Shown: positions 13,185-24,440 of the stretch, in pieces
Layout: each line of letters starts with the position of its first letter
How positions within the stretch are numbered: position 1 is the stretch's first letter
Assembly: GCF_001194135.2 (NCBI RefSeq)
Contig: NC_068988.1
Span: 61,131,563 to 61,180,177 of the forward strand
Origin: Octopus bimaculoides
Taxonomy: Eukaryota
DNA: 48,615 bases
Direction of reading: 5' to 3'
Translations under genes and position numbers: made by a program
Notes under the pieces: generated by a model
The model's input: the letters and a program-made list of their open reading frames with translations, nothing else
Database searches by the model: none
Told to the model about the DNA's origin: nothing

Positions 13185-14589
13185 TGTTAATGATTTCGCC
13201 AGGTCATGATTGTATAGCCGTAGCTCAAGCTTCATCGAAGGGACCTGCTATTAAAAGCCCTGATCACTAGAACTTTGATATATTTAGGTGTATGATCTCG
13301 TGGTCCATGAGTTAGGCTCAAATGATAAGACTGGATCGGATAGTACGCTTTGCCAGTGAGCAATGTACTTTATTTTACTTTGCTTCTTACCTAGACACCT
13401 GAGAATGAACTTCATGTCAGAATTAATACTCTCCTCTCTCCTCCCGTTGTTGCATCTTTGTTGATCCGCTAATTCAATGAAAGGAGGCGTAAGTTCCTCC
13501 AATGTTCGTCCGCAACTATAAGTGACTGCATACGATAGACACTGATTGAGAACACACTTGGAGAGAATTGATAAAACTGATTTCTGATGTGTAAACATGA
13601 ATGGGATTGACTAAAAATCTAAAAAACGATGCATCTGACTGGTTGGCTAACTAACCAACCGACTCAACAACCAGCTGATCAACCAAACAACCAGTCAAAC
13701 AAGCAAGAAAGAAAGCAACGAACCAAGTAACTAGCTAACTGACTGATAGCCTTACTACCTTGGTGACTCACTGATTATCTAACAAACCAACCAATCAACC
13801 AACCAACCAACCAACCAACCAACGAGGGAGAACGGCGGAACGTCAAAGTGAGCTGCGCGAGGTGAAGTCGCTGCTGCAGTTGGTCATTCTCTGCGGCAAA
13901 GTCATCGCGGTCATAATCACGGGGCGCGGCTGAGCACTCCACCTTTTCTGGGATATGAGGCCCATCGCTCACCTCTTGCTCTGTCTGCCGCTGCTTCACC
14001 CCCATCCAGCTTTCTTACTCTTCTTTTTCCTCCTTTCTTATCTCTCTTGTTTCCTATGTCTTTTATTTTAACGTTCTTATAAAACAATCTGTTTAGTTTA
14101 CCAAACGAAAAGCAAGTAACCCAGCAAATGACTGACTGACTGAGTGATTGACTAACGAACTAACGAATTAGCGAACTGACTAGATAAATACATTGATGTA
14201 GTATAGAATGAGATATATTACAAATGTATGTATACTATGATGCGCGGGGATATCATAGACTCTATGACATAGAGTGAAGATGAATCATAACGTAGCACAG
14301 CTATCTATTATCGTGTGGAGGTATACTATTGTACAATGTGGGTTGTTATATTTATACCGCTGTGAGTTAATATACTGTGGAAATGTAATATAATACAGTA
14401 TGCGTGGTTGTGCTATAATGCGGAGGTTTAGTAAAGTGTGTCTGCTGCGTAGTGTAAAGGTGTACCACATCGTAGTACGGTGATGTTGTATAGTATGGAG
14501 GTACAGTATATTATTCAAGGGAGGTTTATTAAAACAGGTATATGTAGTATAGTGTGAAAGACTTGTAGAGTATAATATGAAGGAATAAT

Positions 14590-15240
14590 ATCTGTTTGAG
14601 TTGGAAGTTTTGCAATATTTTGGTAATTTATTTGCTTTATTCGTCAAGTTACACCAAAAGCATGCAAAGTAGAGGCCATCGTGCGGCACCGCCTCAAGCC
14701 AGCTCCCTGTCAGTTTTTTCATCTTCCGCTACTGGTTCTTGTTCTTTGAAGTTAAGAACTCTTTCATTGTAACTGTGACCTCTACTTGGTCTTGAACCGT
14801 CACGACCGCAGGATGTTAGCCGTGGATTGGAACAACTAATATTTCGTGGAAGCTAGGTCCTGACTATATGCTGGCATTATTTCGATTCCCTTAGTTCCTG
14901 CAGCTTATTCCGGGTCTATTGTCTTCTTGCTAGAGAGTTCGCTTTATGTTAATCAATGCTAGGTATTTTTGCTGCAAAGGCATACATCGGATCCTGCTGT
15001 TCGGAGTACAGGTTAGCATCGACAGCTCGATTATTCGGAACGAACTCGCAGCAAATCATCACCTCATGGTTCCACCAGACTCAGGGCATCATCTTGTGTT
15101 CGAAACGCCCATATTTGGTAACAAGTTCCAAAAGATGGCCCTTGCTTAACCACTGCTTGTACAGGATAGGATCGCGGAAATATATCTCGCTCGGATTATT
15201 TAGTGTTTCTAATCATGGCTCATTTCCTGTAATTCAGACG
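14590..15240 (-). pseudogene. Decayed mariner (DD34D-type) transposase, catalytic domain to 3' end
   Basis: Minus-strand translation with stops and frameshifts: 'ITGNE...KQWLSKGHLLELVTKYGRFEHKMMP*VWWNHEVMICCEFVPNNRAVDANLYSEQQD...TRNKLQEL...SQDLAS...EFLTSKNKN...KLTGSWLEAVPHDGLYF'. This matches mariner motifs ITGDE, VWW, YSPDLAP and the terminal RW...DG.YF. Confidence 0.85.
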
Positions 15241-15257
15241 TTCTTTGCACTCCTGAA

Positions 15258-15678
15258 TAAGCAGTAGAAACTTCAGTGAAAGAGTACTTCACCTGAAATG
15301 ACGAGAAATGGTTGTCAATGGGAGAACTGACAGAAAGGTGGCTTCAAACGGTGCAACACGATTGCTGCTATTTTATATACTAGATTGCTTTTGTTGTGAC
15401 TTGATGAATAACCAAAGTATTGATTTCAATTTTTGGCACAAGGCCAGCAAGTTGGAGGAGGATGTAAGTCGTTTACATTGACTTCAGTATTCAACTGGTA
15501 CTTATTTTATCGACCCCCGAATGGAGGAAAAGCAAAATCGATCTGGGTGGATTTGAAAGTAGAATGTAAAAACGGACGAAATTCCACGCAGACTTTTTGT
15601 CCGATGTGCTAACGATTCCTCTAGCTCGCCGCCCTATGTTACCAAAATATTGAAAAACGTTCGACTGAACAATAGATA
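15258..15678 (+). mobile_element. Second mariner 3' end in opposite orientation, interrupted by a SINE
   Basis: Plus translation 'KEYFT*NDEKWLSMGELTERWLQTVQHDCCYF'. The DNA aligns with the reverse complement of 14590-14790, including the 3' UTR 'gcttt..tgtgacttgatgaataa...ccaaa(a/g)tattg.aaaac'. Confidence 0.75.
15423..15635 (-). mobile_element. SINE family A copy with target-site duplication
   Basis: Full reverse-complement SINE flanked by ACCAAAGTATTG (15411-15422) and ACCAAAATATTG (15641-15652). Confidence 0.88.
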
Positions 15679-16379
15679 AATGTGGAATGTATCATAATGT
15701 GGGGTAGTCGGGTAGTTTTCTTATGGAAAGAGTAGAGTAAGCAGGTTTACTTTAAATAATGTAGATGCGCACTATAATGTAGAGGGATAGTATCTTGTGT
15801 AGCATAGAGAATAGCTGTTTCTTCTCGCTTCTTTCGCCGATTCTGGTGACTCTCGATCACCATTCAATTCCTTTATTATGAATTTGAATGGGGAGCTTGA
15901 GTCATAGTGAATCTTTGATTTGATGATTACACAAGCATGGAAGGCCGCCCTTCCCTATGGATGTGTGATGGCTACTGTCTTGATAGAGCCTGGTGATCAC
16001 GGCCGCTGTTGTTCTAGGAATCCTCCGCTCAACTTCAATGTACGAAACACTGTCTGCTTAGATGAGCCCTTCCGTTACCTCTTCAGTCCCATGACATCAC
16101 AGTATCCCTGACAGGCTGGCTGTACGGTCTTCACTCCGTGAAGTATCTTCAGATTACCCACTTACCTGTAGATCTATTGTAGCGTATTATAATGTTCATC
16201 CTTTAAATATTATCATGTCGCCGCTTATACCGTTACACTAAAAATTTCCCAGGAATTAATAAACCGAATTCTTCCTTAAGAGAGAATATAATCTCTCAGT
16301 CCTTTTCTTTGACAAAGAATATGGACTACTTGCAACAGTGCCAGGCTATTGTTGAGATAGAAGTTGTTTTTGTTGTTTA

Positions 16380-17110
16380 TTATGGTAGTAGTAGTTGTGG
16401 TTGTAGTGGGAGTTGTAGTAGTAGTAGTAGTAGTTGTGGTTGTGGTAGTAGTAGTATTGAACGTTGAGACACGTCTTTGTGACTGCGGCGACGGATTTTC
16501 GATGTTAGAATTTGTAATAGGTGTCCAAAAAGTGATGATAATTGACACGTGTTGTTGCTTTTGTATTTGTTTTTGTTGTTGTTGTTATTATTATTGCTGC
16601 TGCTGCTGCTGCTGCTGTTGCTGCTGCTGTTGCTGTGCTACCGTTGTTGTTTTTGTTGTCATTGTTGCCGCTGCTGCTACCATTGTTGTTGTTTTTGTTG
16701 TTGTTGATGTAATTGATGGTATTGGTGGTAACGATAATGTTTATTGCCACGATGATTAATGAAAGAGATACAAATGATTATAAAGAGGAAGAAGGAAGAC
16801 GAAGCGGTAGAAGAGAAGATGGAGAATGAGGAGTAGGCGTAGAAGTAAGATGAAGAGGAGGCGGAAGGGAGAGAAAGATGATGAGATGAAATGAAAGAAG
16901 ACAAAAAAGGAGAAAGAATAGGATGCGAAGTACCATAAGATGAGAAAAGAGAAATCAGATTATGGTAGGGAAGAAGAGGAGGCGGACGAGAAAGAAGAAG
17001 AAGAAGAAGAAGAAGAAGAAGAAGAAGAAGAAGAAGAAGAAGAAGAAGAAGACAAGAAGAAGAAGAAGAAGAAGAAGAAGAAGAAGAAGAAGAAGAAGAA
17101 GAAGAAGAAA
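16380..17110. repeat. Compound trinucleotide array (GTA/GTT, TTG, TTA, GCT, degenerate GA-rich, GAA)
   Basis: Directly visible; it accounts for the poly-V/C/E/K ORFs. Confidence 0.95.
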
Positions 17111-17617
17111 AATAAAAAAGAAGATGCTGTTAATGGGAATCAGAGTTGGGTGGGTTTGTAAACTGACAGATTGATGAGGGGACCACAAAATTTCGGATAT
17201 AGAAATTAGTTTAATCATTATGTGATTTAGAAAAAAAAAGAAAAAAAAAAAAAGAAAGGAAAGAGGCAAAACGACGAAAATCATAAAAGTGAAAGTAGAA
17301 GTAAATAATGTCAGTGATCACGTGATTAAAATGTCTGAAAACGGGGAAAAAAGACAGAGTTTACGATGGCAATTACTTGAAGAAAGGATGGAGGACGAAG
17401 AAAGACTATGAATAATTAATAGGCGAAATATAATGATAAATTAAGCAGACCCAGAAATAAATGTATCTCCCTGACATGTTAAATTATCGTTATAATTTTA
17501 TATCAGTTGTTGTTGCACTTATGGTTGTCACTTATTGTTGAGCCCGAACTCAAGTATATTCTAGCAGACCTGTGAACGTAAATATTCCACGCGTGACCAT
17601 TCCAACGTTTTACTGAG

Positions 17618-17664
<47 letters not shown>

Positions 17665-17829
17665 AAATATTATCTGATGTCTCAGAGTTTTGTGATTGGG
17701 TGTGTTGTTACTCTATCTAGAAGATTGAGCCAGCATGAATACGTTTCTTCATTACATGATTATGTCGCTTTACTTTTGCAAAGCTATCTATCTATCTATC
17801 TATCTATCTATATATATATATGTACGTAC

Positions 17830-17876
<47 letters not shown>

Positions 17877-18208
17877 TATATGTATGTATATATATGTGTG
17901 TATGTATATATATGTACATGAACACATATACACGAACACGAGCTATGTAAATTGTGTCTTGTTCTTAATAAGATGTAGGTGTAATTACCCTATCATATCA
18001 CAAAAATGGAAATGCATGTTTGCCGTTCTCCACCTCTGTAAGTTACAGATCAGGTATCTGTGCATCTACAGAAGTATCGTTACACTACCTATGAAATTAA
18101 GGAGACAAACTATATAGACAACCTAAGTAATACAATTATTATGATAATTCCTGGGGAAGGACGAAAATAGGCAATGCATACAGCATACGTAATAATATAA
18201 GAAAAAAT

Positions 18209-18269
<61 letters not shown>

Positions 18270-18283
18270 TGATGATGATGATG

Positions 18284-18354
<71 letters not shown>

Positions 18355-18358
<4 letters not shown>

Positions 18359-19117
18359 GCTTACCAAAATCTACCAAGCTAACTTTCTTAAAAACGGTTC
18401 TGACCTTAAGTGCAGATTCTGCGATATATTTGACGAAACAATTGACCAGCTCGTCTCGGGATGTCCTGTGCTGACACCAAACGTATACAGAAATTACCAT
18501 GATAATGTGGGACATTATTTACATTTTAGAATATGTAAACACTACAAAATCAACATTCCTGCTTACTGGTATGAGCATTATCCTGAGCCAATCGTTGAAG
18601 GCAAAAATGTCTGGGATTTTTCAATCAACACCGACAAAACGATCCAAGCTTATCGATCAGAATAAGTCAGTAAAGACAGAGAAGAAAATATTTGTAGACT
18701 AATAGATGAATGTGTTCCCAGTGATAAAAATATATCCGTAAAGCCATTTTGACTAATTAAGTAAATATAAGAATCTGGAAGCTGAAATACAAAAGATGTG
18801 GTATCTTAAAGCGAGAAGTGTTCCTGTTATTTTGAGTGTCCTGAGTATGAAAAGAAATAGATGTCAAAAACATCTAGATAAAATCCCAAGAGAACCATGT
18901 CTCAGAGAAATCTAAAAGATTGTACTGACAAATGTTACTCAAATACTTAGAAAAAACATCAATTTTAAATGTCTGTTTTGTATTACATAAGGAAATTTCA
19001 TTTCTGCCCTTGCCACATCCTCTCCCCAAGCTTTCAGTCATGCGGTAACATCTCTTGTCCTAGGACACTGGGTGTATCTTGGCAAGTGATTGTAATAAAA
19101 ACGCAGATTAAAAGTAA
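18355..19117 (+). mobile_element. 5'-truncated non-LTR retrotransposon remnant, RLE-encoding (R4/Dong-like), in an (AAT)n array
   Basis: Translation 'LLTKIYQANFLKNGSDLKCRFCDIFDETIDQLVSGC (CCHC-type knuckle) ...YRNYHDNVGHYLHF (RH motif)...WYEHYPEPIVEGKNVWDFSINTDKTIQAYRSE*VSKD...RLIDECVPSDKNISVK / SKYKNLEAEIQKMW...VPVIL...EI*KIVL...QILRK' fits the PD-(D/E)xK restriction-like endonuclease C-terminus. There is about 150 bp of 3' UTR, and (AAT)n lies on both sides (18211-18354, 19117-19145). Confidence 0.9.
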
Positions 19118-19143
19118 ATAATAATAATAATAATAATAATAAT

Positions 19144-19358
19144 AATCCCTTCTACTATAGACACGGGGAACTAAATTTTGGCGGGAGGGTGACTAGACGA
19201 ATACATCGACCCCAGCGCGTAACTGGTACTTAGTTTATATTGACACCGAAAGGATGAAAAGCAAAGTCGACCTTTGCGGAATTTGAACTCAGAACGTAGC
19301 CATGGGAGGAATACCGCTAAGCATTTCGTCCAGCATGCTAACGATTCTGCCAGATCAC
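19144..19358 (-). mobile_element. SINE family A copy (tail type 'ctatagtagaagggat')
   Basis: 'tctactatagacac...atcgaccccagcgcgtaactggtactt...aaggatgaaaagcaaagtcgacc...gaatttgaactcagaacg...ctaacgattctgccag'. Confidence 0.9.
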
Positions 19359-19416
<58 letters not shown>

Positions 19417-19438
19417 TGATGATGATGATGATGATGAT

Positions 19439-19622
19439 GGTTTCAAATTTTGCAGGAGGGGCAAAAATTTTGGGGTAGGAGATGAGTCGGTTATATCGAC
19501 ATCAGTGCTCAACTGCAACTTAATTTATCGACCCGGAATGTAGGTAATGTCGACCTCGGCGGAATTGAACTCAGTACGTAGCGACGGGCGAAATACCGCT
19601 AAATATTTCGTCGGGCGCGCTA
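19439..19622 (-). mobile_element. SINE family A copy, head-truncated
   Basis: 'ggtttcaaattttg...gtcggttatatcgac...tttatcgacccg...gtcgacctcggcggaattgaactcag...gaaataccgctaaatatttcg'. Confidence 0.85.
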
Positions 19623-19639
19623 AATAATAATAATAATAA

Positions 19640-19670
<31 letters not shown>

Positions 19671-19685
19671 AATGATAAAAATAAA

Positions 19686-19744
<59 letters not shown>

Positions 19745-19753
19745 TAAAATAAA

Positions 19754-19809
<56 letters not shown>

Positions 19810-19881
19810 TAAAAATAAAAATAATAATAATAATAATAATAAAAAAAAATAATAATAAGAAGAATAAGAATAAGAATAATG

Positions 19882-19937
<56 letters not shown>

Positions 19938-19942
<5 letters not shown>

Positions 19943-20286
19943 GAGCACACAGAGAACAAACGTCCATGAAGGCAACACCAACATCTCAACGATTAGGCGG
20001 AGATTATTTTTAAAATAAGAATATCTTAAATAAACTCCAATGCTCTCACAAACGAGAATACTAAAACGGGATCTGACCGCTCTCAAAAATTAAGTGAAGA
20101 AAAAAATGGCAAAATAATCCAAAATCCTTGTCTGCTACGGGATCGATCCCGTAGCAGTCACGAGGCCAAACATTCCTGGAATTTTCATCCGAATCCATCC
20201 AGCGGTTCTTGAGATATCTTGTCCACGAACGAACGGACAAACACGACTGGAAACTATATCTCTGCGTTTGCTAAGGAGGAGGTAAC
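19938..20286 (+). mobile_element. Probable non-autonomous Helentron/HINE (DINE-1-like) element
   Basis: Non-coding 350-bp unit between AAT arrays. It starts 'aacaagagcacacagag...aaggcaacacc', has a (CAAA/CGAA)-like tract at about 20227-20243, and ends in a degenerate GC-rich subterminal hairpin 'atctctgcgtttgctaaggaggaggtaac'. This layout resembles elements ending '...ggcggaggtaa'; the family assignment is from memory. Confidence 0.5.
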
Positions 20287-20320
<34 letters not shown>

Positions 20321-22252
20321 GTAGTAGTAGTAATCGTTGATATTTGTAGTGGGAGTAAAATCTAGATGTGGACGATACTAGGTAAGAAGACGTAGTCTGT
20401 CTTCCAAGATGCTAAGATGAAAATAACGATTATAAATGAAAGACATAAGACGAAGGAAAAGAGAACAGGGAGAAGAAAACGAATATGTAGAAACAGAAAA
20501 GAAATAAAACTGCTAAGCACAAGACAAGGAAATGAGGTATAACGACAATTACCATAATAGCAAGAGTAAGTCGAAGGACATATAAAGCAAGCATTAAATG
20601 AATTAAAACGAACAAGAACTACAAGAAAAGAAGTGTTGCTATGAAGGATGGTGGAAAGGGTACAGGAGTAAGGTAGCATCGTAGCCATGTTACATCTTGT
20701 CCTTCATAATGTAAAACATGTCTGAATACAAACGAAGATGGAGAGCACCGAGCAAGGGAGATAATAAAACACTAAAAGTATATGCCCAAGCATATTTATC
20801 TCAATTAGAATTTCCAATCTCTTGACCTTTGTTAATATGACATATTTAAAAATAAATAAATAAAATAAATAAAAATTAACAAAAAAAGAAAATAGGAAAA
20901 AATCTTGTCTTGAAGTTATCAATATATTTTATGCATTTATTATCTTTATATTTTATTTTGTAGCTGTTATAATTTTTTCGTCATATTTCCTCACTTGCGC
21001 TGTATTCTCTTCTCCAAGAGACTTTAAAATTAACCACACTAGACTTAATTTCAACCAAGCATTTACACTAATTTAGTTCTGCGTCGTTAGCTTGTCATAT
21101 TCATTGCTGTTCTATTTTCTTATGTCTTTCCTGCTTTTTTTCTCTTTTTTACAAATTTTGGTTATTTTCTTTCATTTATATTTTGTATTATATTGCTTCT
21201 AGTTGTTTTTTTATTGGGGAAGTTTTGACATCTTGCTAACATATCTATTTAGTATATATGCATATGCACATGAATATATATATATATATATATATANNNN
21301 NNNNNNNNNNNNNNNNNNNNNNNNNNNNNNNNNNNNNNNNNNNNNNNNNNNNNNNNNNNNNNNNNNNNNNNNNNNNNNNNNNNNNNNNNNNNNNNNNNNN
21401 NNNNNNNNNNNNNNNNNNNNNNNNNNNNNNNNNNNNNNNNNNNNNNNNNNNNNNNNNNNNNNNNNNNNNNNNNNNNNNNNNNNNNNNNNNNNNNNNNNNN
21501 NNNNNNNNNNNNNNNNNNNNNNNNNNNNNNNNNNNNNNNNNNNNNNNNNNNNNNNNNNNNNNNNNNNNNNNNNNNNNNNNNNNNNNNNNNNNNNNNNNNN
21601 NNNNNNNNNNNNNNNNNNNNNNNNNNNNNNNNNNNNNNNNNNNNNNNNNNNNNNNNNNNNNNNNNNNNNNNNNNNNNNNNNNNNNNNNNNNNNNNNNNNN
21701 NNNNNNNNNNNNNNNNNNNNNNNNNNNNNNNNNNNNNNNNNNNNNNNNNNNNNNNNNNNNNNNNNNNNNNNNNNNNNNNNNNNNNNNNNNNNNNNNNNNN
21801 NNNNNNNNNNNNNNNNNNNNNNNNNNNNNNNNNNNNNNNNNNNNNNNNNNNNNNNNNNNNNNNNNNNNNNNNNNNNNNNNNNNNNNNNNNNNNNNNNNNN
21901 NNNNNNNNNNNNNNNNNNNNNNNNNNNNNNNNNNNNNNNNNNNNNNNNNNNNNNNNNNNNNNNNNNNNNNNNNNNNNNNNNNNNNNNNNNNNNNNNNNNN
22001 NNNNNNNNNNNNNNNNNNNNNNNNNNNNNNNNNNNNNNNNNNNNNNNNNNNNNNNNNNNNNNNNNNNNNNNNNNNNNNNNNNNNNNNNNNNNNNNNNNNN
22101 NNNNNNNNNNNNNNNNNNNNNNNNNNNNNNNNNNNNNNNNNNNNNNNNNNNNNNNNNNNNNNNNNNNNNNNNNNNNNNNNNNNNNNNNNNNNNNNNNNNN
22201 NNNNNNNNNNNNNNNNNNNNNNNNNNNNNNNNNNNNNNNNNNNNNNNATATA

Positions 22253-22284
<32 letters not shown>

Positions 22285-22565
22285 CATATTTGCGTTTGTA
22301 TGTAATGTACATAGAAGGTCTGAAAGCGTATGTATTTTACTGTGTATGTGTCTGGTAGTGATTTATTATACTTCGATACATATTTTCACATTAGAGATGC
22401 ACTTCGTCCAAAATGCGTGACGTTAATTCTCAGCATAAATTGAGAAATTAATAACCATATAGTTATCGTTTGGAAAGATGGGTAATCTATGTTGTCGTGA
22501 ACTTATTTTAGTGCTGAAATGATTAATGACATAATTTGTAAAAAAAAAAAAAAATTACAGAAGTA

Positions 22566-22624
<59 letters not shown>

Positions 22625-22938
22625 TGATGATGATGATTATGAGGACGATCATGGTGTTGTTGTTGATGGTGGCTTTAAATGTTGGCACTAGGCCAGCAAA
22701 TCTAGGAGAAGGAATATCTTTGCTCAACAGGTATTTAATTTTATCCGGGGGCCGAAAGTTAACCTCGGTAAGATTTCCATTCAGAATGCAAGTCGTACTA
22801 ATGTTTCTGTCATCTTTGACTACTACTACTACTCATCCCCCTCCTCCTCCTACTACTACTACTGATGATGATGATGGTGATCATGACGGTGATAATGTTG
22901 GTAATGCTACTGATGATAATGATAATAATAATCATATT

Positions 22939-23291
22939 TGTTGTTGTTGGCACTCCGTCGCTTACGACGTCGGGGGTTCCAGCTCATCCAATCAATGGAA
23001 CAGCCTGCGCGTGAAATTAACGTGCAAGTGGCTGAGCACTCCACAGACACGTGTACCCTTAACGTAGTTCTCGGGGATATTCATCGTGACACAATATGAC
23101 AAGTCTGACCCGTTGAATTACAGGCACAACAGAAACAGGAAGAAAGAGTACAGCAGGGTTCGCCACCATCCCCTGCCGGAGCCTCGTGGGGCTTTAGGTG
23201 TTTTCGCTCAATAAACACTAACAACGCCCGGTCTGGGAATCGAAACCGCGATCCTATGACCGCGAGTCCGCTGCCCTAACCACTGGGCCAT
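22939..23291 (-). mobile_element. Young tRNA-derived SINE (family D) with (CAA)n tail and 10-bp TSD
   Basis: Minus strand begins 'ATGGCCCAGTGGTTAGGGCAGCGGACTCGCGGTCATAGGATCGCGGTTTCGATTCCCAGACCGGGCG' (clear A and B boxes) and ends 'CGACGTCGTAAGCGACGGAGTGCCAACAACAACA'. TAATCATATT is duplicated at 22929-22938 and 23292-23301. Confidence 0.93.
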
Positions 23292-23646
23292 TAATCATAT
23301 TAATAATAACAATAATAATAATAATGATAATAATAAAAATAACGATTATTATTGTCATTATCTCTTATATTCTATTAGATGTTTCAGTCATAAGGTTGAA
23401 ACATGAATGATGCAGTGCTCCTAATACAGGAGAGACTCCAGCTGAGGCTAATCAAGAATCAGCACTGACCGAGAATTATCCTAACTATCAAACGCACCGA
23501 GTTCTTTCCCAACTGTTGTTCTCCAGTCTACAGGTTTATGCAGATCCATTCTAGCCATTTTTACCACAATCACCCATCTTTTCACAAAGTCACTCTCTGG
23601 CATCACTCTCCTTAATAACAATAACAACAACAATGAGCTTCATTAT

Positions 23647-23855
23647 AATCCCTTCTACCATGGGCACACGGTCTGAAGTTTTGGGGAGGGAGATCATCGA
23701 TTACATCGATCTCAGTACTCAACTTGCACTTAATTTATCGATCCGAAGTGAATGAAAGGCAAAGCGGACATCGGCGGAATTTGAACTCAAAATATAGCGA
23801 TATACTGTTAAGCAATTCGTCCAGCGTGCTAACGATTCTGCCAGCGCGCCTCCTT
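23647..23855 (-). mobile_element. SINE family A copy
   Basis: 'atcccttctaccatgggcacacgg...gattacatcgatctcagt...gaaaggcaaag...cggcggaatttgaactc...gctaacgattctgccagcgcgcctcctt'. Confidence 0.9.
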
Positions 23856-24409
23856 CACAACATTAATAATAATGATAAACAGGACTTGAAGATGCCGGAG
23901 ACTGAGAGAAAATGAGGAAGGGCAAACAAATTTGCATTTTCAATGAAACGATATAGAGGCAAATAGAAATGAAAAAAGTATCCTCAAACAAACCGGTGGA
24001 AAAATATAATTATATGTAGACAGTAACGTAGCCAAAACTTGAAAAAAACCGACATGTAAGTATAACGGGTGAATGTTATTTTACTTCGCATCTAGCGTAT
24101 ATCTCGATATAATAAAGACATATTGCATGCGTTCGTTGTTCTGCTGTGTGATATCAAGAAGTTGTTTTCTCATGAATACGAGGCTCCGACTGTTTTCAAT
24201 TCTGGTTTGGAACAATTAGAGGTCAATGAACACACAAATGTCAGTCTGTTTTCGAAAAGATGTGCATCGTATATATTCTCCTTTTGTATACTGTCTCTTA
24301 TAAATAATAGGGAATAATAATTATCGATCGAGTTCGAGTACACATATGATGATTATAAAGAGTATATTTATGTACATGTATGTATGTATATATAAATACA
24401 CCCCCCCCC

Positions 24410-24440
<31 letters not shown>

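Noticed and set aside
15850-16165. GC-richer segment with 'VMATV'-like peptide and a strong minus-strand donor (ACAG|GTAAGT near 16163)
   Set aside because: All frames of the putative upstream exon contain stops, and no consistent transposase or host-protein motif order was found.
23215-23291. tRNA gene
   Set aside because: A and B boxes are present but there is no proper cloverleaf or acceptor stem; it is the head of a SINE with a TSD.
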